The translations under genes and the position numbers were made by a program. From positions 186,001-250,000 of the forward strand of contig NIVC01001279.1 in assembly GCA_002269645.1 (NCBI GenBank): a DNA stretch of 64,000 nt. Direction: 5' to 3'. Of this stretch, positions 10,477-22,847 are shown piece after piece (position 1 is the stretch's first letter; the number at the start of each line of letters is the position of its first letter). The DNA is from Macrostomum lignano (lineage: Eukaryota). The notes below the pieces were generated by a model, which was not told the DNA's origin, made no database searches, and worked only from the letters and a program-made list of their open reading frames with translations.

Positions 10477-10823
10477 CGCTACGAACAGCGACGCGCGGAG
10501 TCGATCAAAGAGACAGAGGAGCGCTGTCGCCGAATCTCGGAGACCATGGAGGAGATCAGCCTGCAGGCGCCCGGACCCGAAAATCAGTCGGAGCCGCAGC
10601 AGCCGCAGGAGCAGCCGCAGGAGCAGCGACCGGAGCAGCAGCAAACTGGGAACGGTGAAGTCTGCAGCAGCGCTGGTTCGCGCGTGTTTTACCGACGCGT
10701 GGCTAAACTGCAAGTTGATCTCGACTGCCTGTTCACCAAGTTCAACCGGGAGATTGTGACGGTTCGGGGTAGACCGGTGGACCTGCTGGAAACGCTTGAA
10801 TGGCCCCCAAAGCCGCCGCCGCC

Positions 10824-10855
<32 letters not shown>

Positions 10856-10977
10856 CTGAAGTTGAACAGCAAAAGCAACAGCAGAAGCAGAAGCAGCAAA
10901 ATAGGATTGCTTGTCAGACAGATGATCAGATTTGCAACAACTGCGGCCAAGATCCCAATGCTTCTCGTATGGCTTGA
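10477..10977 (+). CDS. Exon 3 (terminal) of the stathmin-like gene, with a poly-Q tract
   Basis: CCCCAG acceptor ending at 10476; RYEQRRAESIKETEERCRRISETMEEI is homologous to the start of exon 2; CAG run near 10825-10855; TGA ending at 10977. Confidence 0.78.
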
Positions 10978-12254
10978 GAAGGTTTATTGAATTACTCGTA
11001 TTTTTATGAACGATTTTTTCGTGAATTAAGTTTTTTTCCAGTTTTATAGCGAGTCATTAAGAGGCACGTTTAATTTATTAAATGCACATCGAGGTTTGAG
11101 TCGTTCTAATTTTAGAAAGAAGCGGCACCCAGTCACATTATTGAATGTACATTCGAGTGTAAATGTTCTAAGGCTTGTGCTCGTGTTTTCTTGTTGTGCT
11201 CACTAATTCCCGTTCAAAATGTTAGCGTGACCGGAATCGCTAGAGTCATTGCAAGCACCTCACTAGCAACTCTGGGATGCTTCTTGGCCTAGGTACCGTT
11301 TTCATCGGCAATGATGTGTATTAAAGTTTCGTTTAATTATTTCCTATGTTTCTATTATTAGCAACGTTTTAATTACAGTGGCAATTTTATAGCGATATAG
11401 AACTGCAATACAAGTTTGCAAGCTTGGCCAATATTAACAACCCAATACATTCTTAACACTAGCTGACTGACTGGAAGAATATACATAACGTTATGAGTTT
11501 TATGATCAGTTCAGGCCCAATATTTTTGGACTAACCCTCAAGTTTTATTGTACAGGAATATTTGTCTAACTTCGAACTTGTAAACTGTAATGAACATAAA
11601 TCTTATCTTCGTGTAAATTAATACTTGTCTCGTCATTTGTTAATACCCTGCAATCATCCTACCAGATTAATTCAAGTAATATAATAAAATCCAGATTATT
11701 TAAATGCTTTTTACTCTTAATAATTCCTTTCTGTAGATACTTGTCTGCACTCGGCATGAACCTTGTAAACACATTGTAAACACTTTAGACAGCTTGTTAT
11801 TCAGTTCATAGTACTTTCAGTGTGATGTAGATTTACAGATTTCTTTCATTAATGCTACGTCATTTACATTGACCAGCTGTTTAATGTTTTGGTTTCTTTT
11901 CAGTTTAAAATTTTATCTTTAAATACAACAATTTTCAATTGTAACTTTACTATTAAAAACCGAAATTCAACATGCTTTTACATTTTTTTGCTGGCACTAG
12001 ACATGCGATGACATTCTATAGATCATATGAGACGAGACTGTATGGACTAAAGACGAAATTTTATAAATTAAATGAAATGAGATTTTATAGATCCGATGAG
12101 GTGAGATTTTATATATCAGATAAGACACGATTGTATAGATCAGATGAAACGAGATTCTATAGATGAGATGAGATAAGATTTTACAGATCCGGCGAGACAA
12201 GATTCTATAGATGAGATGAGATAATTAGATTCAATAATTGAGATTAGATACGGT

Positions 12255-13970
12255 TTTATAGATCAGATGAGACGAGATTTAATAGATCCGATGAGACAAG
12301 ACTCTATAGATAAGATGAGACAAGACTCTATAGATCAGATGAGACAAGACTCTATAGATCAGATGAGACAAGACTCTATAGATCCGATGAGACGAGACTC
12401 TATAGATAAGATAAGACAAGACTCTATAGATCCGATGAGACGAGACTCTATAGATAAGATAAGACAAGACTCTATAGATCAGATGAGACAAGACTCTATA
12501 GATCAGATGAGACAAGACTCTATAGATCAGATGAGACGAGACTCTATAGATCAGATGAGACAAGACTCTATAGATCAGATGAGACAAGACTCTATAGATC
12601 AGATGAGACAAGACTCTATAGATAAGATGAGACAAGACTCTATAGATCAGATGAGACAAGACTCTATAGATCCGATGAGACGAGACTCTATAGATAAGAT
12701 AAGACAAGACTCTATAGATCAGATGAGACAAGACTCTATAGATCAGATGAGACAAGACTCTATAGATCAGATGAGACAAGACTCTATAGATCAGATGAGA
12801 CAAGACTCTATAGATCAGATGAGACAAGACTCTATAGATCAGATGAGACAAGACTCTATAGATCAGATGAGACAAGACTCTATAGATCCGATGAGACGAG
12901 ACTCTATAGATCAGATGAGACAAGACTCTATATATCAGATGAGACGAGACTCTATAGATCAGATGAGACAAGACTCTATAGATCAGATGAGACGAGACTC
13001 TATAGATCAGATGAGACAAGACTCTATAGATCAGATGAGACAAGACTCTATAGGTTAGATGAGACGAGACTCTATAGATCAGATGAGACAAGACTCTATA
13101 GATCAGATGAGACAAGACTCTATAGATCAGATGAGACGAGACTCTATAGATCAGATGAGACAAGACTCTATAGATCAGATGAGACAAGACTCTATAGGTT
13201 AGATGAGACGAGACTCTATAGATCAGATGAGACAAGACTCTATAGATCAGATGAGACAAGACTCTATAGATCAGATGAGACAAGACTCTATAGATCAGAT
13301 GAGACAAGACTCTATAGATCAGATGAGACGAGACTCTATAGATCAGATGAGACAAGACTCTATAGATCAGATGAGACAAGACTCTATAGATCAGATGAGA
13401 CGAGACTCTATAGATCAGATGAGACAAGACTCTATAGATCAGATGAGACAAGACTCTATAGATCAGATGAGACGAGACTCTATAGATCAGATGAGACAAG
13501 ACTCTATAGATCAGATGAGACAAGACTCTATAGATCAGATGAGACAAGACTCTATAGATCAGATGAGACAAGACTCTATAGATCAGATGAGACAAGACTC
13601 TATAGATCAGATGAGACAAGACTCTATAGATAAGATGAGACAAGACTCTATAGATCAGATGAGACAAGACTCTATAGATCAGATGAGACAAGACTCTATA
13701 GATCAGATGAGACAAGACTCTATAGATCAGATGAGACAAGACTCTATAGATCAGATGAGACAAGACTCTATAGATCAGATGAGACAAGACTCTATAGATC
13801 AGATGAGACGAGACTCTATAGATCAGATGAGACAAGACTCTATAGATCAGATGAGACAAGACTCTATAGATCAGATGAGACAAGACTCTATAGATCAGAT
13901 GAGACGAGACTCTATAGATCAGATGAGACGAGACTCTATAGATCAGATGAGACAAGACTCTATAGGTTAG
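12255..13970. repeat. 24-bp minisatellite (TATAGATCAGATGAGACAAGACTC), about 71 copies, with a degenerate lead-in from about 12020
   Basis: Tandem units visible; the 572-aa and 263-aa ORFs are 8-aa-period translations. Confidence 0.97.
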
Positions 13971-14659
13971 ATAGCACGGAAACATGTGGAATTCCACTGT
14001 TCACCACACCGAAAGCTGTCGCCTTATTCCCGACAAACATTCTATATTTTCTCCGTCAAGCAACTTATCACTCTCCATTCCAATCAGGCTATAGCTAAAG
14101 GCACGAATTAGAACGTGACCGCTGGCATGTCAAATCAGGCACGATATGAAGCAATTTTTCTGTCCCAAAATCTTTTATGCACTAAAGTTAGTAAGAGTCT
14201 GACACGCTGAAGGCATGATAGCCATACCGGGTATAGCAAAAAGGAAGATATTTGACACCATCACGCAACATATTGGGCGTGATCAAGGCGGAGATTTGAT
14301 ATAGGAGGCCTATTTAAGAAGAAATAATCGCTTGCATGATTTGAAGACTCGGAGATATGATTTCAGCAGGATTTTATGCTTACAATTCTGTAATAAATAT
14401 TCTTCAAGTGTCGCTATCTTAATGGCTTAAAGAGAACTAAAATTAGAACAACAGTATAAATCGTCCCTTACATTTGAGTACATTGAAAAATATTCCCTGA
14501 CGTCATCAGAACATTTGAGAGACTATCTCGTTTACAACTATCAATGGAGTGGGGGCTAATGACTTCAATGGACAATTTCCTAATAACCCGAGCGTTGCTC
14601 AAAAATCATTTCCTACTGTTTAGCATCGCGAATTTTACCGATTACACAACCGCCAACCC

Positions 14660-15335
14660 GAGAGAGCCAGCCCGAATCTTCCACAGAACCGCAGCCATAG
14701 CATTTCAGAGAGAGCCAGCCCGAATCTTCCACAGAACCGCAGCCATAGCATTTCAGAGAGAGCCAGCCCGAATCTTCCACAGAACCGCAGCCATAGCATT
14801 TCAGAGAGAGCCAGCCCGAATCTTCCACAGAACCGCAGCCATAGCATTTCAGAGAGAGCCAGCCCGAATCTTCCACAGAACCGCAGCCATAGCATTTCAG
14901 AGAGAGCCAGCCCGAATCTTCCACAGAACGCGCAGCCATAGCATTTCAGAGAGAGCCAGCCGAATCTTCCACAGAACCGCAGCCATAGCATTTCAGAGAG
15001 AGCCAGCCCGAATCTTCCACAGAACCGCAGCCATAGCATTTCAGAGAGAGCCAGCCCGAATCTTCCACAGAACCGCAGCCATAGCATTTCAGAGAGAGCC
15101 AGCCCGAATCTTCCACAGAACCGCAGCCTAGCATTTCAGAGAGCCAGCCCGAATCTTCCACAGAACCGCAGCCATGGCATTTCAGAGAGAGCCAGCCCGA
15201 ATCTTCCACAGAACCGCAGCCTAGCATTTCAGAGAGAGCCAGCCCGAATCTTCCACAGAACCGCAGCCTAGCATTTCAGAGAGAGCCAGCCCGAATCTTC
15301 CACAGAACCGCAGCCGAGCATTTCAGAGAGAGCCA
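14660..15335. repeat. 48-bp minisatellite (GAGAGAGCCAGCCCGAATCTTCCACAGAACCGCAGCCATAGCATTTCA), about 14 copies
   Basis: Tandem units visible; 16-aa-period ORFs; distal copies carry scattered 1-2-nt deletions. Confidence 0.95.
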
Positions 15336-16112
15336 GCAGCCCGAACCGTATATGGTTTAAGGTTTTATAGGGTTGCTCATGACCTTTCATAGAATATTTC
15401 CTAGCATCCTCCTGAGCATTACAGAGGAAACACTGCTTCTTATCAATACATACTCCCTGATTGTAAAATCGATACAACAAAGGTATCTGAAAGTTGTCTA
15501 TCAAACGACAGTAAAATGAAAGCTTACATCAATTATCGTAGATAATACGCGGTATACGATTTAGATATTGTTAGATTGAACTAATGTAAATAATAGAGTA
15601 CGAGCGTAAGGGCTAGTTTTATTGCGCCTATTTTTAGTCAGTTCAACAAAGACAATTTACTTGAAAAAACATGTGATCAATATGGTTTAGCAATCAATGT
15701 TGCGAAACAAATCAATGTTATGCATGGCACGCACAGGAAACCCGAACAAAGCAAGCGAAAAAGAAAGAATTCACAGAAAAATATTAAGCGACGCAAGACA
15801 TAAAAAGCACCTGCAAACTTTGGCAAAACAAAAAGCGCAGCAGCATGTTTATACAGCAGCAAGCACAAACAACACTAATAATATTCTATACAATGAAAGC
15901 AGTCTGTTGCATTGTGAAAAAGCAGACACGACTTCAGTAAGTAGTACTAATAAATGGAATTAAATCGCTCATTGATAGAGCTAGCAAGAACATCTATAGA
16001 ATATCCGTTGCTACTTACCGGTATAGTGAAAAAAATCATCGTCATGGCGAAAATTTGAAATAATATTTGAGCGATTTACCAGTATAGCCAACAAAAGTAA
16101 TCTCGCGTTTGC

Positions 16113-16730
16113 TTAAGACCTAAATGAACATACTTTAGTCCAATCTTAGGACCTAAAACAGGCCGATTTCAGCCCAATCTTATGACATAAAACGGGCCTA
16201 TTTTAGCCCAATCTTAGGATCTAAATAATCTTAGGTTATGACCTAAATAAACATACTTTAGCCCAATCTTATGACCTAAATAAACATACTTTAGCCCAAT
16301 CTTAGGACCTAAATAAACATACTTTAGCCCAATCTTATGACCTAAATAAACATACTTTAGCCCAATCTTAGGACCTAAATAAACATACTTTAGCCCAATC
16401 TTATGACCTAAATAAACATACTTTAGCCCAATCTTATGACCTAAATAAACATACTTTAGCCCAATCTTAGGACCTAAATGAACATACTTTAGCCCAATCT
16501 TATGACCTAAATGAACATACTTTAGCCTAATCTTATGACCTAAATAAACATACTTTAGCCCAATCTTATGACCTAAATGAACATACTTTAGCCCAATCTT
16601 ATGACCTAAATGAACATACTTTAGCCTAATCTTAGGACATAAAACGGGCCTATTTTAGCCTAATCTTAGGACCTAAAAGGGGCCTATTTTAGCCTAATCT
16701 TAGGACCTAAACAGGTTTATTTTAGCCCCA
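16113..16730. repeat. 33-bp minisatellite (ACCTAAATAAACATACTTTAGCCCAATCTTATG), first copy of the duplicated block
   Basis: Period 16261 to 16294; the same array recurs at about 17297-17905. Confidence 0.93.
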
Positions 16731-16810
16731 CCTTATGGCCTTTTTATCGGTGTCATATAATCTAAACATCTACATCTAATCATTTTCTCTAAAACGACTG
16801 AAACAAATCC

Positions 16811-16901
16811 NNNNNNNNNNNNNNNNNNNNNNNNNNNNNNNNNNNNNNNNNNNNNNNNNNNNNNNNNNNNNNNNNNNNNNNNNNNNNNNNNNNNNNNNNN
16901 N
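16811..16901. other. Scaffold gap (91 N) flanked by a ~1.09-kb direct duplication
   Basis: 15716-16810 matches 16902-17987 except for small indels. Confidence 0.95.
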
Positions 16902-17296
16902 TGTTATGCATGGCACGCACAGGAAACCCGAACAAAGCAAGCGAAAAAGAAAGAATTCACAGAAAAATATTAAGCGACGCAAGACATAAAAAGCACCTGC
17001 AAACTTTGGCAAAACAAAAAGCGCAGCAGCATGTTTATACAGCAGCAAGCACACAACACTAATAATATTCTATACAATGAAAGCAGTCTGTTGCATTGTG
17101 AAAAAGCAGACACGACTTCAGTAAGTAGTACTAATAAATGGAATTAAATCGCTCATTGATAGAGCTAGCAAGAACATCTATAGAATATCCGTTGCTACTT
17201 ACCGTATAGTGAAAAAATCATCGTCATGGCGAAAATTTGAAATAATATTTGAGCGATTTACCAGTATAGCAACAAAAGTAATCTCGCGTTTGCTTA

Positions 17297-17905
17297 AGAC
17301 CTAAATGAACATACTTTAGTCAATCTTAGGACCTAAAACAGGCCGATTCAGCCCAATCTATGACATAAAACGGGCCTATTTTAGCCCAATCTTAGGATCT
17401 AAATAATCTTAGGTTATGACCTAAATAAACATACTTTAGCCAATCTTATGACCTAAATAAACATACTTTAGCCCAATCTTAGGACCTAAATAAACATACT
17501 TTAGCCCAATCTTATGACCTAAATAAACATACTTTAGCCCAATCTTAGGACCTAAATAAACATACTTTAGCCCAATCTTATGACCTAAATAAACATACTT
17601 TAGCCCAATCTTATGACCTAAATAAACATACTTTAGCCCAATCTTAGGACCTAAATGAACATACTTTAGCCCAATCTTATGACCTAAATGAACATACTTT
17701 AGCCTAATCTTATGACCTAAATAAACATACTTTAGCCAATCTTATGACCTAAATGAACATACTTTTAGCCAATCTTATGACCTAAATGAACATACTTTAG
17801 CCTAATCTTAGGACATAAAACGGGCCTATTTTAGCCTAATCTTAGGACCTAAAAGGGGCCTATTTTAGCCTAATCTTAGGACCTAAACAGGTTTATTTTA
17901 GCCCC
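17297..17905. repeat. 33-bp minisatellite, second copy of the duplicated block
   Basis: Same unit and variant order as 16113-16730. Confidence 0.92.
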
Positions 17906-18231
17906 ACCTTATGGCCTTTTTATCGGTGTCATATAATCTAAACATCTACATCTAATCATTTTCTCTAAAAACGACTGAAACAAATCCATTTTTTCATCAG
18001 CCATTTTTCGAAGTTGTTAGTCTGTTATTTCGTAGAAAAATTAGCCAAAATTTAGTTTGATCTTATTGACGTAAACTGATCTTCTTAACTTCTTTGGGAT
18101 TGGTATTCCCCAATAAAGCAATCCAACTTGCTATTGATCTACAAATCAGAAATAGAAAAAAAAACTATAGATTCAGTCACGAGCCGTGTCTCAACCGATA
18201 TGCTCCCTGAGTCCAGTAACCCCAACGCAGA

Positions 18232-18631
18232 TCAATCGACACCGATGGCACCTGTACTTCGGCTTACTGCCAGTCCCAGTAAAATCATGCCGTCGAGCTC
18301 TGTGCTCAGCCAGCTTGGCCGCGCTGGCCTGAAACTGCCGCACACCGGACAACCGTAAGAGTCAGCTGGCGCAGTGGATGGCCGCAGGGCCAGAGTGGCG
18401 AACAAGTCAGGATCGACAATGCACACCTGCCGATGACTGGGCATGTCTACTGCCGGCAGTTTCAAATTGCAACGATCGCAAGCAATTAGAGGAGCTGAAG
18501 CTAGCAATTCAGCGGCTGCAATCGCCTCGGCGGAGGCGAGAGAAGAGACAGCAAAATGGTTATTTGCTGTTTCTGCATCTGCTGCCACTGAGGAGCCTGC
18601 TCCATGTTCTGTCTCCCAACACTTGCTGTCA
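18232..18631 (-). CDS. Possible terminal exon with a C2HC (UBZ/TRAF-like) zinc finger
   Basis: TCTTCAG acceptor before 18631; open frame to TGA at 18234-18232; CDRC-x11-H-x3-C motif plus CPVCG. Upstream exons were not found and the + strand is also partly open. Confidence 0.35.
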
Positions 18632-18856
18632 CTGAAGATTTAAGATGACATTTCGGAATTTTAACCAGTGAAAAAGGACAAATATTTATTAGATACATGT
18701 AATATTGTGCTAGTGTTACAGAGTTATCCATGTATGCAAGCTAAGCAGCATTGGGCGGGATTCCTACGCAGCTTAATAAGGCTGTTTGCGTCATCTTTCA
18801 AAACGTCTAACACGAGTTAGCGGCGAATTAGGCTGAGCTGCAGTTCACCCTGTTGT

Positions 18857-19177
18857 AATAATAATAATGATAATAATAATTGATTACACCTGCCCCAATA
18901 GGCAGGTGTGCAACCGACAGCTCAGCCGCAGCTATTGAGCGGCGCATCTGAAGGCTGCGTACGGCTGTTCAGTCCAAGGACTGGGGGTCGCCACACACAC
19001 CCTCAATTACCCCAGCTAATGCTGGCACCCATTTTACAGCTGGGTGAACTGAAGCAATGCAGATTTGTGTCTTGCTCAAGGACACAAATTGTTCAGAGTG
19101 CCGGGAATGGGTCAAGAATCGAACCCCCGACCTTTCAGTCGTGAGTCGGACACTCTAACCACTAGGCTACAACCCCC
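18857..19177 (-). mobile_element. tRNA-derived SINE with a CORE (MIR-like) central domain, 3' stem-loop and (ATT)n tail
   Basis: A box TAGCCTAGTGG (19169-19159), B box GGTTCGATTC (19125-19116); 19028-19085 resembles the MIR CORE; 9-bp hairpin 18886-18909; tail 18857-18880. Confidence 0.8.
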
Positions 19178-21984
19178 ACTGTGAGACTGTGATAGGGTAG
19201 CAGTCTGAGCTGCAGCAGACATATACATGTACAGGGTGTGGAGTCACGACCCCCCGCAGTGCCAGCACTATGCACAGGCTGTGCGCAGCCCTCAGATGCG
19301 CTGCGCAATTGCACAACACCAGACGGGGCGCATTTTTACATTAAAAATAATAAATTTCTAGTCAAAGGTGTGGCTAGAATCGGAATTTCAAAACACGTGT
19401 AATCTTTTACAGTTGAAAATCTTTTATAACCATACAGCTAGTGGCCGGCATCCTATGCATGCAGCCCTGGAAATTCTGTAGCAAATTATAAAAGTTCATT
19501 ATAAATTATAAACCTTGCTGTCAATAGCTGATGTATGCCGCTTGCCCCACGTCATGTTTCGAAATCGAGAGTTGATATTCAACAAATATTAACAGTACAC
19601 TTGTAGCAAGCTCTGGAGTGCTAAGGTGAAAAAATATAGAGTGAATGTAGTTCCAATTGCAACGCAATAGTGGAAAAACGTCAATACAGGATCAGGCGGC
19701 GACAATTTCCCATCGATAGATACTGATATATATTTATTACGCAAATCACAGCTAAAGCTGTGCTACATAAATCAAGATAATCAACACCTAGTGAAAGCAA
19801 GTCTCACTTAATGAGCAAACGTCTCCACCAAATAGACAGACTCAAGTCCAGTGTACCGAAAACCTTGTGTGCGGGAGTTATCTACAAATTCTCGTGCGTT
19901 GCTGAGCAATGCGGGTTTTACATAGGTAAAAATGAAAGTTGTCTATTCCTGAGGCGTTGTACATTAAACAGCTAAAGCCCGCCATGAACATCCGACTTGG
20001 TGGTAGAGGGGCGAGTGTCCTGACCTATGCCCTTGCCTCTCAATCAGTGCCTTCTAACTTTGCTACCCATACCTGCTTATTTGCATCATATTGGCTTACT
20101 AGGCTTAAAAAATTACCTTCTTTCTGGTATAATTGCCTGAAGATGCCGATTGTTTGATTCCTTAAAAGTGTCACGGGATTTAGTGTTTGTCATAGGTTTC
20201 AAATGTAATTCCCGAGTGGTGACTAAGCCACCCAGTCATCAAGGCGAATTGAGAATTAAAAAACGCTGCACCGCATGAACTTTTCGTCCTAGTTCACTGT
20301 CTGTCCTGGCTTGTTTCCCAGCGCTCTAAAGACGAAATTAAGGAAGTCATTTCTTCTCATTATAGGAACGTCTCAAAATACTTTCTTCCCCAACATGCAG
20401 TGAGCACAAAGAGGAAATAGGGGAAATACAAAAAAAATCGAGAGACCCGCTACCCTCATGCATGTGAGAACTGGAAACTGGACACTGTCGCAGCGACCGC
20501 CAAGTCAAGAGGGAAACTTCTAGCTTCTAGAAGGGGCTTCTAGGCTTGCAGTTGAGAATTGTCTAAAACCGAATTACCTACCCCACCTCAGCCTCCCTAT
20601 TGGCAACTGAAACGCATAGGAAAAATCGACAATTTCAGGAGAGGATCTCTCGCCAAAACCCATGTAGCCCCACCCATACGCGGACCATGCAGGATGCGCG
20701 GACAGGCAGTTTATCCGCGGAACGGGGGAAATTTAAGGAAGAAGAGGATGAAGGGAGGAGAAAATCGAGCAGGCAAAAATTTCCCACTCCCCTATTTCCC
20801 GAATCCTCACCTCGCAGCACGCGAGGGCAGAGGCATCGACTAAGGCTGCTACGGACCCGGTGCAGAGATATATGGAAAACAGGACAGAACGCGGGATTGC
20901 AAGTTGACGCCGCACCCATCGTTGCCGAGAGTCCGTGCAGCCAAATTAGATTGACCAAAACTCCCCGCACCCGCAAAGGGAAAATCGCTAGTCCCAATTT
21001 CTACTCCAGGAACTACTCCCGCATCTAAGGGGAAAATTGCTAGCAAGCGAACCAGTACGGATCAAACTAATACAAATTTAATGAGATTAGGCGTCGCCCG
21101 CATCAATCGATACTTCATTGTGGCGATAGTAACTTATTTGAACAGAAAGTAATTCAACAACCAACTTGCCGGAAAATCTATATGCTCGTATAATGGTGGA
21201 AATCATTTTAAGATTAGGCAATTTTTTTCTATTTTAAGTCTTTAATTTGTACTATTGAGCACTTGAGTTCGTATCGACTAAGTTTTAATTTTTTCTGATT
21301 AACGGCGGTATTAAATTTGAGCGCAAATTCAAGCATCCAAACAAAGTTTCCAAGAAATGTAAAGCAGAATAGGAAAATAAACAAGCTACAAATAAAATAT
21401 ACGCGATCGCTAATCGCACGCGGCCGACTAAATTCTTTAATCAGAGCGAATCCCATAGTGAGATAAATACGCTCGTAGTATATGCTGAAAATAAGAACTC
21501 GATAAAGCTGATAGCAAAGAGAACTTGTTGCCCAGAGAAGGAAAGAAATCGGAGAATAGGGAATTAGAGAGAGAGAGAGGGTAATACTAGTAGGCAAAAA
21601 GGGAGCCAGCATGCAAGCATTGGCATGGAAATCTGATTGGATTACAAAGCCTATATAGAGAAGCCCAATGCGGATTGAACCCCCAAGTACGGTAAACTGC
21701 AAGAGAAACTTCTGCAAAATATTTCAGAGGCCTTTAAAGTCAGCCCCTCACCACAGATTCTCGATCTCTTTAAAAAAAGCTTCCTGTTTCAGACATATTC
21801 GAATAAAACCGGGCATTAGGCAAAAGTATAGCCTAATGGATAATAGGCTCCGAAAAATTCAAGAGGAAATTAAAAATAAAAGTAACAAAGTGTCTCAGCA
21901 ACGGACAAAAGTGCAAATTGAAGCCCAACTAAGACACGGCTGGTTGGTCAGCCATGGGAGGTTCCTTTAACTCAAAATATGATT

Positions 21985-22700
21985 TTTAAGCCTCTCAAGT
22001 GATTAATTGCAAGATTCTGCTTGAATAAATTTTAGCTTTGCAACTTGCTGAAACATTGCTGATACAAGTCTTCTCTTAAAATCACTGGAGCACGACTCAA
22101 GGGCTAAACGAAGCCCTACTAGAAAATTGAAAACAACAGACATGGAAATCGACTATAATTATTGAATTAAAGGGCTGCTCTGAGACACCGAAATGCTAAT
22201 CAGTCTAGCCTCAATCGTACTACATGTTATATCTAGCCTTGAGCAGACACACGTGCACATGGGAGCAGCTTGAAAATCAATGGGCCTTAGACATCGATTA
22301 GCAGTGTAATCTTCTTTGCTTACTGTCCTTACCAAGACAAATTACCTCCCGCAGAGTTAGAAATCGATTAGTATTCTGAGACGATTCGATTGAACATAAT
22401 CTCAGTGCACTAACTGTATCGAAAGGACATAATCGATCCAGTATTTAATCTCTTCATTGGAGAGATCCGGCACCTACTTGACAGCAGACAGAAACAGCTG
22501 CGGTGATAAGACATCGTCTAAATCCAATTTAAAATATTCCTTTTTCATTCTCTCTTTTAGCTGGCAATGTCCTCTCTATAATAATTTCCTCTCTAAAATA
22601 GAGCTAGAATCTTTGTACCGCCTCCAGCACTAAGTATCATCTCGCTAGCGCGAGTCTTCAGATCGACAGACACTTAGGCTTAACCTCTCGACAAGCCAGT
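21985..22700 (+). pseudogene. Heavily decayed apurinic-endonuclease (APE) domain of a non-LTR retrotransposon ORF2
   Basis: Interrupted fragments in the expected APE order: QVINC (QIN-like), IQ..W..TQGL, VIFFAYCPYQDKLPPAEL (SxYxP-like), SSDRQTLRL (SDH-like); many stops and frameshifts. Confidence 0.35.
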
Positions 22701-22847
22701 CTCGTTTCCACAGCCCCCCCTCGGCAAAATAAGAAGTGCACGAAGAAAGGTGAAACTATAAAACAACCTGCTTGTACTCGTCAGAGGCTGGGAGGGAAGC
22801 GATAAATGGGCCCTTTAGAATCAAGGATGTGTCAAAAAGAGCTAGAC

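Noticed and set aside
20559-21046. Overlapping 94-142-aa ORFs on both strands
   Set aside because: No splice or domain support; at best a decayed ORF1 region of the adjacent LINE remnant
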